The notes beneath the pieces are model-generated. The model did not search any database. It was not told where the DNA came from and was given only the letters and a program-made list of their open reading frames with translations. From assembly GCA_965207225.1 (NCBI GenBank), contig CBDBLV010000005.1, positions 1,984,001-2,048,000 of the forward strand: a stretch of 64,000 nt of DNA, given 5' to 3'. The position numbers were made by a program, and so were the translations under genes. Positions within the stretch are counted from its first letter, which is position 1, and every line of letters begins with the position of its first letter. Positions 22,420 through 32,766 of this stretch are shown one piece after another. This stretch comes from Dehalococcoidia bacterium. Lineage in GTDB: Bacteria; Chloroflexota; Dehalococcoidia; Plut-88900.

Positions 22420-25400
22420 ATGGCGGTTGCTGTGGCCCTTAGGCTTGTAACGCTGTGCCTGTTTGCAGCGCTGGTCGCCATCGCGACCAGCGCTGCCGAG
22501 CCCGCTTTTGCTGCCCCCTCGCCCCCGGCGAGCAGCATCTCCCTGGACAGTCTGCCGAAGCCAAGAGGAACCTCAAATGCCTGGTGGGAGCTCTTCGTGC
22601 GCAACGATCCAGTCCCCGGTCACCCACCGGCGGCGGCTTATGATGTAGTCGTTCGCATTACCGCCACGGCCAATGGTCAGGAGTACAAGCAGCACACAAC
22701 TGTTAGCAACCCTTCATCCGGGTACATTGACCGGGACCGTGGAGTGTGGGTCATCCCCTTTATACCACCGGGGGGCAGCGCTGACGTGATCATTCAGCCC
22801 GCAGCATTCTTTCCTCGATTCAATCAGGATACACCAGTCCGCCTGCACGCTGAATTGGTTTCACATCGTTACCTCGCCAGCGAAGCAGGCAGCCAAGGGA
22901 GTATTGAAACCGAGGATTGGTACATTAGGGCTGCGAATGCTTATCTTTTTGCATGGCCAGGTGCAGAAGTAGGCGTAAGAGTTCGCAGCCTTAACAACAG
23001 GGTTCCAGCGTTAGGTACGCAGACCACGTTTGATGTTCGTGCGATTAATGTACCCTACAATGACCCAGACCCAAGAGTTCTAATAGTACCAAGCAAGCAG
23101 ATTGGCAAAGTATGGGATGTGAAGATCAAGATCGATCTTTCGCCGGGGTTGTCTTTAGCTCCCGGATGGACTGCGCCGACCGGCACATCCTTTGACGCCG
23201 AAAGCGGTATCTGGAATGTGGGGTTAATTAGTGGCGCAAATACCGGTACGACAATGTCTTTGCCGGTACTCCTCGCCGCGGATAACGTTCCCTTGGAGCA
23301 GCGGTGCCTGACGGCGACGGTGGTGAGCTCCACACCCGACTTCGAGCTGGACCCGGGGGTGCTGGTGAACGACTTCTCCACCGAGTGCCTGGGCGAAGAT
23401 CCGATATTGAACGAGGGCGATATTGCTGTTTTCAAGTACGTTTCCTGCGTTGGCCGCACATCTTACCCCTGCACCAGCGATGACACACTGGAATTGGTGG
23501 CAAAGCATGAAGCGGCATTCTGGCAGCCTGAAGATGTCATTGTCCAAGTCAGGGACGTCCAGGGAAGGGTTGAGGCGGGATGGAGCACCGGCAAGACGGC
23601 AAGGCACCTTGCTTCTGTTCCTTCGATCCCTGGTGTTGGTGTCATCTTCGAAGTCATTGATAGCGGGTACAACGCATACACTTTTGCAATTAGCGACGTG
23701 GTGCCAAAACAACGGCCCGGCAAATTTACAGTTGTGGCCGGCAACCAAGGAAACATTACCATCTTGGACGCCGACACAATGCTGTCCGCGGGACCGTACA
23801 ACCTTAATGAACCAATTCCCGCATTAGTAGTTTTCGGCACTTTGGGCACATATAAGGTAAAGATAACCGTTGGGGCTACCAAGTCGGGGACGGCGTACAC
23901 CGACAGCGGCGTCTACACCTTCCACGTGGGGCCGATAGCGGAGCTTGCGGTGCGGGACGGCGGTCGCAGCCCACTGGCGGCGCCGGACCAGCAAGCCTAC
24001 ACCATCCTCGCGGCCAACAACGGACCAGACGCGGCCTCGGCTGTGGTGGTAACCCTCACAGGCGTACCCCAGGGCGCGGAGGCCATCGTCAGTGGCAGCA
24101 CCAAGCGCGTGGACGACGAAGACGTCAGCGGCAGCGATGGAAGGTACGCGCAGGGCGACTGCGTAGACGGATTCTGCGAAGCCACCTGGACCATCGGAAA
24201 GATGTCCGTTTCCTCTGGCAGGACCTCCATCGGCAAGATGCCCTTCCCCACGCTGACCCTGATCGCCCCGGACGGCGCGTCCACGTCGGGCATTGAGGCC
24301 AGCATCGAAAGCACCGAGCCCTACTCGGTTACCATCGACGGCACGGTCCACTCCACCGCCTACTTCGACTACATCGATGAGAACAACAGCGCTCACATCG
24401 CTGCCCGGGCCGGAGCCGGCGGGCCAGTGCCGGGAACGCCACAGGACCTGCAAGCGCAGTTCTACACCGTTCCATTCACGACCGCCCTCGTGTGGTGGAC
24501 CGAGCTTGAGTCGGTGAACAGCTTCCCTGTGTCCCGCTACGAGGTGTTCACGGAGCGGCCGAATGGTGGAGCCTGCCAGGCGCCGAGTACGGACCAAGCG
24601 GGAGAGCGGCTCACGGGAACGACGTACGCGGACCGCCGTGCGAAGGAGGGCGAGCTCACGTGCTACTACGTGCGGGCAGTGAATACTCATAAAGTTCCCG
24701 GCTACTGGGCGGGGCCGGTGATGGCGACCGGCGACAGCCCGGACCAGCCGCGGCTGTCGGTGCAGGGAGGCGATCCAGTCGACGAGGGCGACGCCGCCCA
24801 ATTCACGGTCAGCGCCTCCCCGGCCCCCGCCGCCGGAGACAGTCTCACCTTTGGCTACACGGTGATCCAGCGTGGCGACTACGTAGCCGACAGAGAGTTG
24901 GGCCAGAAGCATGCAACCATAGGCAACAGCGGCCGCGCCACCATAACCGTCCTCACCGTGGGGAACGATACCGACGACGCCGACGGGGAGATATTCGTCA
25001 CCCTGAACAACGGCGAGGGCTACACGGCGTCTTCGGCCCGGTCGGCCAGCGTCGTGGTGAGGGACGACGACAATCCCGAGGTGTCCTTCGCCGACGACCC
25101 GGCCACGGCCACCGTGAGCGAGGGAGATGGCACTTACGACGTGGTGGTCAACCTGGTTCCGGCGCCCCATGCCGCCACCAGCATCAACTACCAGATCGGG
25201 GGCGTCGCCGAGGCCGGCGAGGATTTCATGATCGGCGGCCTGAGCAACGGCTTTGGGTCGGTCTGGGTCGGGCCCGGGCAAAGCAGCGTTCCCATCCGGG
25301 TGCGGCTGAGCGACGACGGCACGAGCGAGGATGATGAGTGGGTGGACATCTACCTGCGCGCGGGAGAGAACTACGACGTGGGAACTCCGTCCCGCTACAC

Positions 25401-27225
25401 GCTGACCATCACCGACAATGACGGCCCCGGGGCGCAGTTCGCCCGGGCCGATAGCGAGGTTGGCGAGTCCGACGGGAGCGTGGGCGTCACCGTCAACCTG
25501 GTCCCGGCGCCCACCGAGGACGTGACCATCAACTACACCGTTGGCGGCGGCACGGCTCAGAGCGGCGACTACAGCATCGAAGGCTTAACCGGCTCTTCCG
25601 GGTCGGTGACGGTCTCCGCCGGGATCACCAGCGTCGACATCCCTGTAACCATCAACAGCGACAACGACTCCGAGCGCGACGAGACGGTGGTGCTGACGCT
25701 GGGGAACGGCTCGGACTACACCGTCGGGACGACTCGGACGCACACGCTGACCATCCTGGACGACGACCGGACGCGGGCGGAGTTTGCCTCCGCTGAATCC
25801 ACCGTCGTCGAGGCGGACACCCCGCACCCCGTGCAGGTCAATCTCCGCCCCGCCGCGCCCGCGGGCGGCCTGACCCTGAGCTATGACGTGAGAAGCACGG
25901 CCACGCGCAACCGGGACTACCGCGTCCCCAACACGATGCGGGTTTCGGAAGGCGCTACCAGTGTTGACATTCTGGTGGAGATCATCCACAACGGCGAAAG
26001 CGAGCCGGACGAGACGGTGGAGCTGACGCTGCGGGTCGGCTCGGGAAACAACGTGGGCGAAGAAAGCGTGCATACGCTGACCATCACGGACAACAACCTG
26101 CCTATGGTCGCCTTTGAGACGGCGGAGGCCAGCGTGAGTGAGACGGGCCGCACGCACCGGGCGGTCATCACCCTGGACCCGGCGCCCCACGAGGATCTCA
26201 CCATCGGCTACACCGTTGGTGGCACGTCCACGGAGGGAGTGCACGGCCAGCACGGCCCAGGCGACGACTTCACCATCAGCAACTCCGGGACGGTCACGGT
26301 CCCGCGCGGGCGGAACCAGGTCTTCGTGCCGATAACCATCGTCAACGACTCAGACGCCGAGGGCGACGAGACTCTGACGCTGACGTTGACCGGCGGCGAC
26401 GGCTACGCCCTCGATACGTCGGCGAACATCTACAAGCTGACCATCCTGGACGACGACGCGCCGGAGGTATCGTTCACGGCGGCCTCGGGCGAGCCGGACG
26501 AGGGCGCCGGCACGCACGTGGTGCGGGTCAGGCTGGACGGGCAGACGGACAATCCGGTGACAGTGGGCGTCAGCGTCAGCTTCCCGCCCAATATCGGCTC
26601 TGACAACACCGATGATGACCACAGCGCCATTCCCGGCAGCGTTACGATTCCGGCGGGGACGCTTGAAACCGAGATTACGGTGACCATCACCGACGACAAC
26701 CTCAACGAGGCCGACGAGGTGGTCGTCCTGACTCTGGAGCCCGGCACGGGGTACTCCCTGTCGCAGGACAAGCCCACGGAGTACACGCTGACCATCGTGG
26801 ACAACGACGCGGACGAGAACACCCCGGTGGCCAGTCGCGACCATCCCCATGCCCACGGGCAGGGCTCGACACAATTTGAAGTCTACGAAGGCCATACGCG
26901 GATCCCGACGTGGTACGTGACCGGGAACTTCGCGGGGGATGTGATCTTCCAGTACGTCGGCGGAACGGCGACCCTGGACGAGGACTTCCGCTTGTTCCGC
27001 ATACAGGGTCAGATCGAGAAGGTGGGCGACACCTTCACGGTCCGGTCCCTTGAGTCCCCCCACGACTCCGACAGGGAAGCGGGCCTCCGTTGGGCCAGGT
27101 TCACGTTCGACCCGATACGAGACCAGGAGCGGGAAGGCGGCGAGACGGTTATCCTCCGGGTGTTGAACGGCCCAGGCTACACCGTCGAGGAGCCCACCGA
27201 GCTCACCATCACCATCATTGACTAG
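22420..27225 (+). CDS. Large secreted adhesin: DUF11-like, FN3 and about 7 Calx-beta repeats
   Basis: Signal peptide; NNGPDAASAVVV; YYVRAVN; repeated E.DETVVLTL...LTI.DDD units. Confidence 0.85.
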   Translation: MAVAVALRLVTLCLFAALVAIATSAAEPAFAAPSPPASSISLDSLPKPRGTSNAWWELFVRNDPVPGHPPAAAYDVVVRITATANGQEYKQHTTVSNPSSGYIDRDRGVWVIPFIPPGGSADVIIQPAAFFPRFNQDTPVRLHAELVSHRYLASEAGSQGSIETEDWYIRAANAYLFAWPGAEVGVRVRSLNNRVPALGTQTTFDVRAINVPYNDPDPRVLIVPSKQIGKVWDVKIKIDLSPGLSLAPGWTAPTGTSFDAESGIWNVGLISGANTGTTMSLPVLLAADNVPLEQRCLTATVVSSTPDFELDPGVLVNDFSTECLGEDPILNEGDIAVFKYVSCVGRTSYPCTSDDTLELVAKHEAAFWQPEDVIVQVRDVQGRVEAGWSTGKTARHLASVPSIPGVGVIFEVIDSGYNAYTFAISDVVPKQRPGKFTVVAGNQGNITILDADTMLSAGPYNLNEPIPALVVFGTLGTYKVKITVGATKSGTAYTDSGVYTFHVGPIAELAVRDGGRSPLAAPDQQAYTILAANNGPDAASAVVVTLTGVPQGAEAIVSGSTKRVDDEDVSGSDGRYAQGDCVDGFCEATWTIGKMSVSSGRTSIGKMPFPTLTLIAPDGASTSGIEASIESTEPYSVTIDGTVHSTAYFDYIDENNSAHIAARAGAGGPVPGTPQDLQAQFYTVPFTTALVWWTELESVNSFPVSRYEVFTERPNGGACQAPSTDQAGERLTGTTYADRRAKEGELTCYYVRAVNTHKVPGYWAGPVMATGDSPDQPRLSVQGGDPVDEGDAAQFTVSASPAPAAGDSLTFGYTVIQRGDYVADRELGQKHATIGNSGRATITVLTVGNDTDDADGEIFVTLNNGEGYTASSARSASVVVRDDDNPEVSFADDPATATVSEGDGTYDVVVNLVPAPHAATSINYQIGGVAEAGEDFMIGGLSNGFGSVWVGPGQSSVPIRVRLSDDGTSEDDEWVDIYLRAGENYDVGTPSRYTLTITDNDGPGAQFARADSEVGESDGSVGVTVNLVPAPTEDVTINYTVGGGTAQSGDYSIEGLTGSSGSVTVSAGITSVDIPVTINSDNDSERDETVVLTLGNGSDYTVGTTRTHTLTILDDDRTRAEFASAESTVVEADTPHPVQVNLRPAAPAGGLTLSYDVRSTATRNRDYRVPNTMRVSEGATSVDILVEIIHNGESEPDETVELTLRVGSGNNVGEESVHTLTITDNNLPMVAFETAEASVSETGRTHRAVITLDPAPHEDLTIGYTVGGTSTEGVHGQHGPGDDFTISNSGTVTVPRGRNQVFVPITIVNDSDAEGDETLTLTLTGGDGYALDTSANIYKLTILDDDAPEVSFTAASGEPDEGAGTHVVRVRLDGQTDNPVTVGVSVSFPPNIGSDNTDDDHSAIPGSVTIPAGTLETEITVTITDDNLNEADEVVVLTLEPGTGYSLSQDKPTEYTLTIVDNDADENTPVASRDHPHAHGQGSTQFEVYEGHTRIPTWYVTGNFAGDVIFQYVGGTATLDEDFRLFRIQGQIEKVGDTFTVRSLESPHDSDREAGLRWARFTFDPIRDQEREGGETVILRVLNGPGYTVEEPTELTITIID

Positions 27226-27355
27226 AAGCAACCGGCCGGCGTCCCCACGGGGCCATGGGCTGAAGGCGGCAGTTCGGCTGCCGACCATTGGACGCCAACG
27301 CGCCGGTGCTGATGCGGACTTGGTGAAACGCAAAGAGAGCGGGATACATGCCGGT

Positions 27356-27394
27356 AGAGAGGGAGGCCATCCAATTCGGATAGCCTCCCTCTCT
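27356..27394. terminator. Long hairpin between convergent genes
   Basis: AGAGAGGGAGGC-CATCC-AATTC-GGATA-GCCTCCCTCTCT; no clear U tract. Confidence 0.55.
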
Positions 27395-27399
27395 TGTAC

Positions 27400-28557
27400 C
27401 TAAGCGGTCGCCGCCCCCGGCCGCATCAACAGTGCGGAGTAGCCCGGCGCCACCACGTGATCCACGGACACCTTCCCTGCGCCGTCGTACCCAGCGCGGA
27501 AGGCGTACTCCACCTCGGCTCCCCAGGGCACGCGCCCGCCGACGCGCACCGCACCGCCCCTGGCCGTGCCGTCTCTACCGCGAGCGCCGTGCACCACCAT
27601 GCCGCTGCGCTCCCCCTTCTTCCAGCCCAGCACCTTCATGGCCACGGGCATCACCCGCTCTTCCCCCTGCCTCCGCTGGAACAGCGCTCCGTGCAGCTTC
27701 TTGAGTACCGTAGCCGACGGGTTGCGCTGGCCGTTCATGATCTGGGAGAGGTGGCCGGAGCTGATGCCCGCCCGGCGCGCCACCTCGTTCTGGCTGACGT
27801 CGAGCTCCTCCATCCGCTCCCAGATGAACTGCCGGTCTACGTCGGGGCACTGGGCGGACTCGACCTTCGCACGTCCCTCAAGCACGGCCTCGACCCTGGC
27901 CTGGAGCTTCACCCCCATGTTTCTGTGGCCGCGTGACACCTGCGACAAGTACCCGGCGGACACTCCCACCTTCTCGGCCAGCTCCCTCATGGTTAGTCCG
28001 AGGGCCCGGGCGGTCTCCCGGATGAAGCTGCTGGCCTCACTCTCGATCACGTCACCCTGGCGGTTGGCGCACTGTGCGGGGGCGACCCTGGCCGGAGCGT
28101 TCAGGACCGACTCGATGCTGGCCTGCACCTTGGGTCCCATGTTCCTGCGGCCACGGGCCACCTGCGTCAGGTAGCCGTAGCTCACCCCCGACCGGTCGGA
28201 CAGTTCCAGCATGGTGATTCCTATCTCGCGTGCGCGCTCCCGGATGAAGGTACTTTCTGCATCTACCTCGCGGGTCTGTCGGTAGACGATCCCCTGCCCA
28301 GGGACCTCTCCCAGCACGGCCATCGCCTTCTCCCGCAGGTTGGGGGTCCAGGGCTTCTTGCCTGTGCCGACCTGGGACAGGTGGCTTGCGCTGACGCCCA
28401 TCAGGGCCGCAAGCTCCTTCAAGGTGAGGCCGCGCTTGCGGGCCGCCGCCCTGAGCTCGCTCTCGGGCCTGCCCCTGCGCTCGGCGGGCGCCGCCGCATC
28501 CGTCGTGGTTGCCGTGTCCTTGGTCCGATTGGTCCTCGTCGTGGTTGCCGTCGTCAT
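27400..28557 (-). CDS. Protein with four tandem XRE-type HTH domains
   Basis: Four repeats of the GLT..ELA...GVS.GYLSQV..G.RN pattern. Confidence 0.85.
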   Translation of the reverse strand: MTTATTTRTNRTKDTATTTDAAAPAERRGRPESELRAAARKRGLTLKELAALMGVSASHLSQVGTGKKPWTPNLREKAMAVLGEVPGQGIVYRQTREVDAESTFIRERAREIGITMLELSDRSGVSYGYLTQVARGRRNMGPKVQASIESVLNAPARVAPAQCANRQGDVIESEASSFIRETARALGLTMRELAEKVGVSAGYLSQVSRGHRNMGVKLQARVEAVLEGRAKVESAQCPDVDRQFIWERMEELDVSQNEVARRAGISSGHLSQIMNGQRNPSATVLKKLHGALFQRRQGEERVMPVAMKVLGWKKGERSGMVVHGARGRDGTARGGAVRVGGRVPWGAEVEYAFRAGYDGAGKVSVDHVVAPGYSALLMRPGAATA

Positions 28558-29015
28558 GTCGCTTCTCCTTTCAATGAAGAAGCGGGACGGCCCACCACCC
28601 CCGTGGGGTGGAGACAGTCCCGCTCGAATTGGTTGTCCCGAATGGCCGGGACTGTCTCCGTGGGTGGATTGGTTGCTGTGGCTGATGGCCGGCTGCGGCG
28701 TCCTCCGTATCGCTGTACTGGGCAGGCTCTACGTGGGGAAGCCGTGTGCGGGCAATGTCAATGCCCGTCGTGAATTGGGCATAGTTCCTCCTGGGTGGGT
28801 TAGTGGATGGGTGGTGCGGGACTGGGTCCCGCAAGCAAGGGGCGGAGCGGTCAGGCTCCGGCGTGGCAAACGATGTGGAGAGTCGGAACGAGGGGAGCGC
28901 TAGCTAGCGGCGCACTCGGCCCAAGCAAGCAGGTGTAAGAAGGCAGCGCGTCCTCGCCCGGGTTGCAAGAACAACCGCGCCGCCGATGCGACCGAGGAGG
29001 GTGCGGAGAGCCGGG

Positions 29016-29522
29016 TCAAGGGCAAGCCTTCGCTAGAGCCTGCCTCGTACTCGATACGAGAGGCTGGAGGCCCCGGAGGCTGCGCTCCGAGACCAGCTTG
29101 CCGGGCCGCCAGCGCATCCCCAGGACCGCAGCCACCTCCAGCGTCCCGTCGCCGTGGGGAACCAGCGCTGAGGCTCTGCCTACGCCCTGGCTGTAGAGCA
29201 CCGCGCCCCGGCCGCTGAAGCGCCGCCTGACCATCTGCTTCCACTCGGAGAAGGCCCACCGAGCCTCCCTCGGCGTCGCCTGCGCCACGTTCGCACTGCC
29301 CAGCGCCGCCAGCGCCCCGTCCACGTCCCCCGCCTGCCTGAGCCGTCGGGCCTCGTGGATGGAGCGGGTTGCGCTCCGCTCAACCGGCTGAGTCTCCGTC
29401 TCCCCCGTGAATCCCATCGCCGCGAACACCCGGTCCACCAGCTCCTCCAGGCTGCGCCGGGGCCGCATCGTCTCTGTGGTCTCCATCGTCCGATTGCCTA
29501 TTGCTGCCGTTGCCGTCGTCAT
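29016..29522 (-). CDS. Hypothetical protein
   Basis: RBS AGGAGG upstream; N-terminus MTTATAA resembles MTTATTT of the neighbouring gene. Confidence 0.6.
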   Translation of the reverse strand: MTTATAAIGNRTMETTETMRPRRSLEELVDRVFAAMGFTGETETQPVERSATRSIHEARRLRQAGDVDGALAALGSANVAQATPREARWAFSEWKQMVRRRFSGRGAVLYSQGVGRASALVPHGDGTLEVAAVLGMRWRPGKLVSERSLRGLQPLVSSTRQALAKACP

Positions 29523-29655
29523 CGTGCACCTCCTACGTGCCTGTGTTTGTGTTGCCTTGAATCCGTTGCGCCCGCTTTCGGGCAAAGAAGTAGGGGCCGC
29601 CCTCGGAGAGAGCGACCCCTGCGTGTTGTGATGGGTTGTGAGAAGCCCGAAGCCG

Positions 29656-30126
29656 TCAGCGACGGAACCTCCGCGCCGAACGACGGGGCATGAACCGCCT
29701 GAGCAGCAGCCAGCCGATGCCCAGACCGAACAGGTTCAGGAAGAACAGCTCCAGGTCGAGGGTGAGCAGCGGCGCGGCGACGACCAGGGCGACGACCCCG
29801 GCCACCACGACCTTCTTCCGCTTCCACCAGGGTTTCTTGGCCTCAGCCCCAACCGCCGCATCCCTGACCGGCTCGCAGGCCGTCCAGATCGGCAGACCGG
29901 TGAGGGCCTCAAGCTCGGTGACTATCACGCCGCGACCGCAGCCCCGTGTGTGGCACCGTACGTCGATGCCGTTGCCGTCGGGTCGCTGCCGAAACGCCAG
30001 CCCGTCGGACTTCCCGCCGTGGCACACCGCCGTGCTGGTCCAGAACCACCCGTTGTGGAAACTCACGCGATGCGCCAGCAGGTCTGCGATCCGCGCCGCG
30101 CTGGGTCCGACGTACTGCTCCGCCAT
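29656..30126 (-). CDS. Primase-type Zn-binding-like domain fused to two TM helices
   Basis: VCHGG...LAFRQ...IDVRCHTRGC; hydrophobic C-terminus; RBS AGGAGG. Confidence 0.6.
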   Translation of the reverse strand: MAEQYVGPSAARIADLLAHRVSFHNGWFWTSTAVCHGGKSDGLAFRQRPDGNGIDVRCHTRGCGRGVIVTELEALTGLPIWTACEPVRDAAVGAEAKKPWWKRKKVVVAGVVALVVAAPLLTLDLELFFLNLFGLGIGWLLLRRFMPRRSARRFRR

Positions 30127-30838
30127 GCTCGTACCTCCTTCTCCGTTGTCCTGTGCCCTTGATTCGTCCATGTGCGATACCCCCTTGTGTGTTGTGTGCC
30201 GTTGACTCCGTTCCTAAGACGCACCCGGACCGCCAGCGATGCAAACGCATGGGAGACCGGGGTGAAAGAAGACGCAGCTCGCCCAAGGTGAAGTCGGTCA
30301 GTGGGGAAGAGTTGCGAGACGTGAAGCGGCCAGCCTGCTCGGAGCGGCAGACCGGCGCGTGTCGTAGCTGCGGTGTAGCCGCGTGCCAGCCATCCCGCAG
30401 ACGTGTCGAACTGGCCGAGGCGACAGGCGCACTTCGACCAGTTTGCCGGGGACGAGGCGCTCATGCGCACCCGTCCTCCTTGGCCCAACGGATGAGGCGA
30501 TCAACCCCAGCCGTCAGACCTATGCCCAGCGGGTGAAGGATCAACGTCAAACTTCAACCGCCGGACTGAGCCGGGGACGGAGGCCCTTGCGTCAACTCCG
30601 TCGAATCGGCCCGCGCTGGTTGCGAAGGACCAACGTCAAACTCCGCATTGCCAGCATTCCCTCTTGGGCGAAGCCCGTGCAACAGGGATCACGCACCCAG
30701 GTTTCTATGGTCGGAAACCTTGGAGAAAGCCAAACAGTGGGGTCATTATCGCAGGTCTCCGACGCCGAAAAGACCCCACGCATGCCCCCACCCTGAGAAT
30801 TGCTCTGGGGTTCACTCCCGCATCGGCAACGCCGGGCG

Positions 30839-31696
30839 CTACTGCGAGGGCCGCCGCCACCTCAGAGTGAGCGCCCGCCACACCTTGGTCACGACCTCGC
30901 GCCTGGCCCGCGCTCTCCGCGTGTCGAAGAGGGCCTTCCTGCGCCAGCTGACCTGGCCGCTGCGGTCGAGGCCGTGCAGGGGCTGCTTCTCCGGGGGGAG
31001 CGTCATCCCGTGCTCCTCCAGCAATGCAAGCTCCATCTCCAGCAGCCGCTCCCGCTCCACCAGCCAATCAAGGCCCTTCCCGTCGTTGGGGTGAGACTCC
31101 TTCAACGCCCGCCACCGGACGATCAGGGACCAGGCGTCTCCGAAGACCTCCTCGTCGTCATCGGCGGGCTCAAGGGTCACCAGATCGGGGTACTCGCGCC
31201 GCATCGAGGACTTTGACGCAGGACTTCCTTCGCTCACTGACCCTGCATCCTCTCCTTTATCAGCGCTCTGCTCCGAGGGACCGGCGCCGGCGTGACCGGC
31301 CCCGGTCGTCTTCGGACTCACTGTGCCCTCCTTTGCGAGAGCCTCCACCGCGCCTTCCACCCTGGACAGCCGCCTGCGCGCCTCCTTGCCCAGCGACTCC
31401 ATCCCGCTCTCCAACTCCCCCAGGCGCTCCTCCAGGGCGTCGTTGCGCTCTCGCTGACGGGCCGCCGCAGAACCCACGCCCTCCTGCAAGGCCCGCTCCA
31501 GGGACTCCCGCATCCGCCGCGACAGCCTCCCCGTCCTGGCGCTCTCGGCCACCGTGCGCTGGTCGATCTCCAACACCCGCGCCGCGCCCTTGTATCCCCG
31601 CTCCCGCACCAGCTCTTGCAGCAACGTCATGAGCCTCATGTGGTACATGTTCTCCACGTCTCTGCTGTCCTCGATGCCGTGTTCGGTCGTCTTCAT
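30839..31696 (-). CDS. HTH/coiled-coil element core protein
   Basis: LVRERGYKGAARVLEIDQRTVA resembles LVQREGQRRTAALLGVNRKTVA of 52289-52729. Confidence 0.7.
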   Translation of the reverse strand: MKTTEHGIEDSRDVENMYHMRLMTLLQELVRERGYKGAARVLEIDQRTVAESARTGRLSRRMRESLERALQEGVGSAAARQRERNDALEERLGELESGMESLGKEARRRLSRVEGAVEALAKEGTVSPKTTGAGHAGAGPSEQSADKGEDAGSVSEGSPASKSSMRREYPDLVTLEPADDDEEVFGDAWSLIVRWRALKESHPNDGKGLDWLVERERLLEMELALLEEHGMTLPPEKQPLHGLDRSGQVSWRRKALFDTRRARARREVVTKVWRALTLRWRRPSQ

Positions 31697-31773
31697 GGCA
31701 ATTTCCTCCTTCTCCGAAAACTCGTTCCAGCTATGAATTCCGCCAAGTCCGTGATTCGCCCGATCTCTCGCCT

Positions 31774-31962
31774 CGCGTAACGCACCCCCACCTCAAGCGG
31801 ACTTTTCGGCCGTTTTTGTCATCGGGCCGTCGATTTTGGCCGCGTCATGCACCCCCACCTCAAGCCTCTTTTTGTCATTGGAGACCGGACTCCGCCCTTT
31901 CATCAGATTGCTCACCGTTCACCTCCTGTAGAGGGGGTTTTGCCCCTGATTTAGCTACGAAA
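31774..31962. other. Candidate oriT/regulatory region of element A
   Basis: 23-mer CGCGTCATGCACCCCCACCTCAA (31841-31863; 21/23 copy at 31774-31796) and 20-mer at 31943-31962, both shared with element B; lies between divergent operons. Confidence 0.5.
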
Positions 31963-32145
31963 TCACGACTTTGACCACTCAGTCACAAAAGTCCATTTCC
32001 TGTACACCCCCAATACTGCACGAAACGGGCCTCAGATAAGAGGGCATGGATGGTGCCACCATGCGTGGGGTCTTTTTCGGCGTTTGATTTGTTCACACTC
32101 TCCTGCGGCGGCCCAAACCGATAGGCCGCACGAAACCGCACCGAG

Positions 32146-32763
32146 GTGAATGTCTTGGCGCAGAAATCGAAACTCCGGTCGGCAAGACGGCTGATCCCCC
32201 TGGCCATCGCGCTGTTCTTGGCGGCGCTGGTGGCCATACCCACGAGCAACCTCGCCCTGGCCCAGTCGCCGCCCGCCGGCGACATCACCCTCGTCAACAC
32301 CGACAGAGAATTCGTCGAGCGCAAGAAGGGCGGCGAGTTCGTCGCACGGCCCCTCTTCGACCGCAAGATAGCAGACCTCTTCTACGCCGTTCGCGACGCC
32401 GACACCGGCGACTGGATATCCGCCATGTACCGGGTCAGGGGCGGCGAGAAGAAGCGCTCCGACGGCTGGGAGTACTCCTGGGAGTATCCCAGGCTCGACG
32501 AGCAGCCCGACCTCGACCCCGACAGGGCCTACCTGCTGGTCATGCTGGCTCACGCCGAGGACGGCAAGCAGGGAGACTTCTACGCCGTCGTCCCCATCCA
32601 CCAGCCGGGACGCATCTGGGACAAGATTCTGAGCGCCCTCAACCCCTCCCGCTGGGCCAGGGCCTTCGCCGGCTGGGTGATCGAGGGAGTCCACGGCACG
32701 CTGTGCGGCGTGGTGGAGCGGGCCTCGGGCGAGGACGCCGACAACTGCCGGGGCGGGAGTTAG
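32146..32763 (+). CDS. Secreted protein heading the transfer operon
   Basis: Signal peptide (LALAQS); first gene of a co-directional tra-like cluster. Confidence 0.7.
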   Translation: MNVLAQKSKLRSARRLIPLAIALFLAALVAIPTSNLALAQSPPAGDITLVNTDREFVERKKGGEFVARPLFDRKIADLFYAVRDADTGDWISAMYRVRGGEKKRSDGWEYSWEYPRLDEQPDLDPDRAYLLVMLAHAEDGKQGDFYAVVPIHQPGRIWDKILSALNPSRWARAFAGWVIEGVHGTLCGVVERASGEDADNCRGGS

Positions 32764-32766
32764 CCG

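Noticed and set aside
28589-28597. Extra GGCCCACCA copy matching the att core
   Set aside because: No flanking att arms; a GC-rich 9-mer is expected about once by chance in a window of this size
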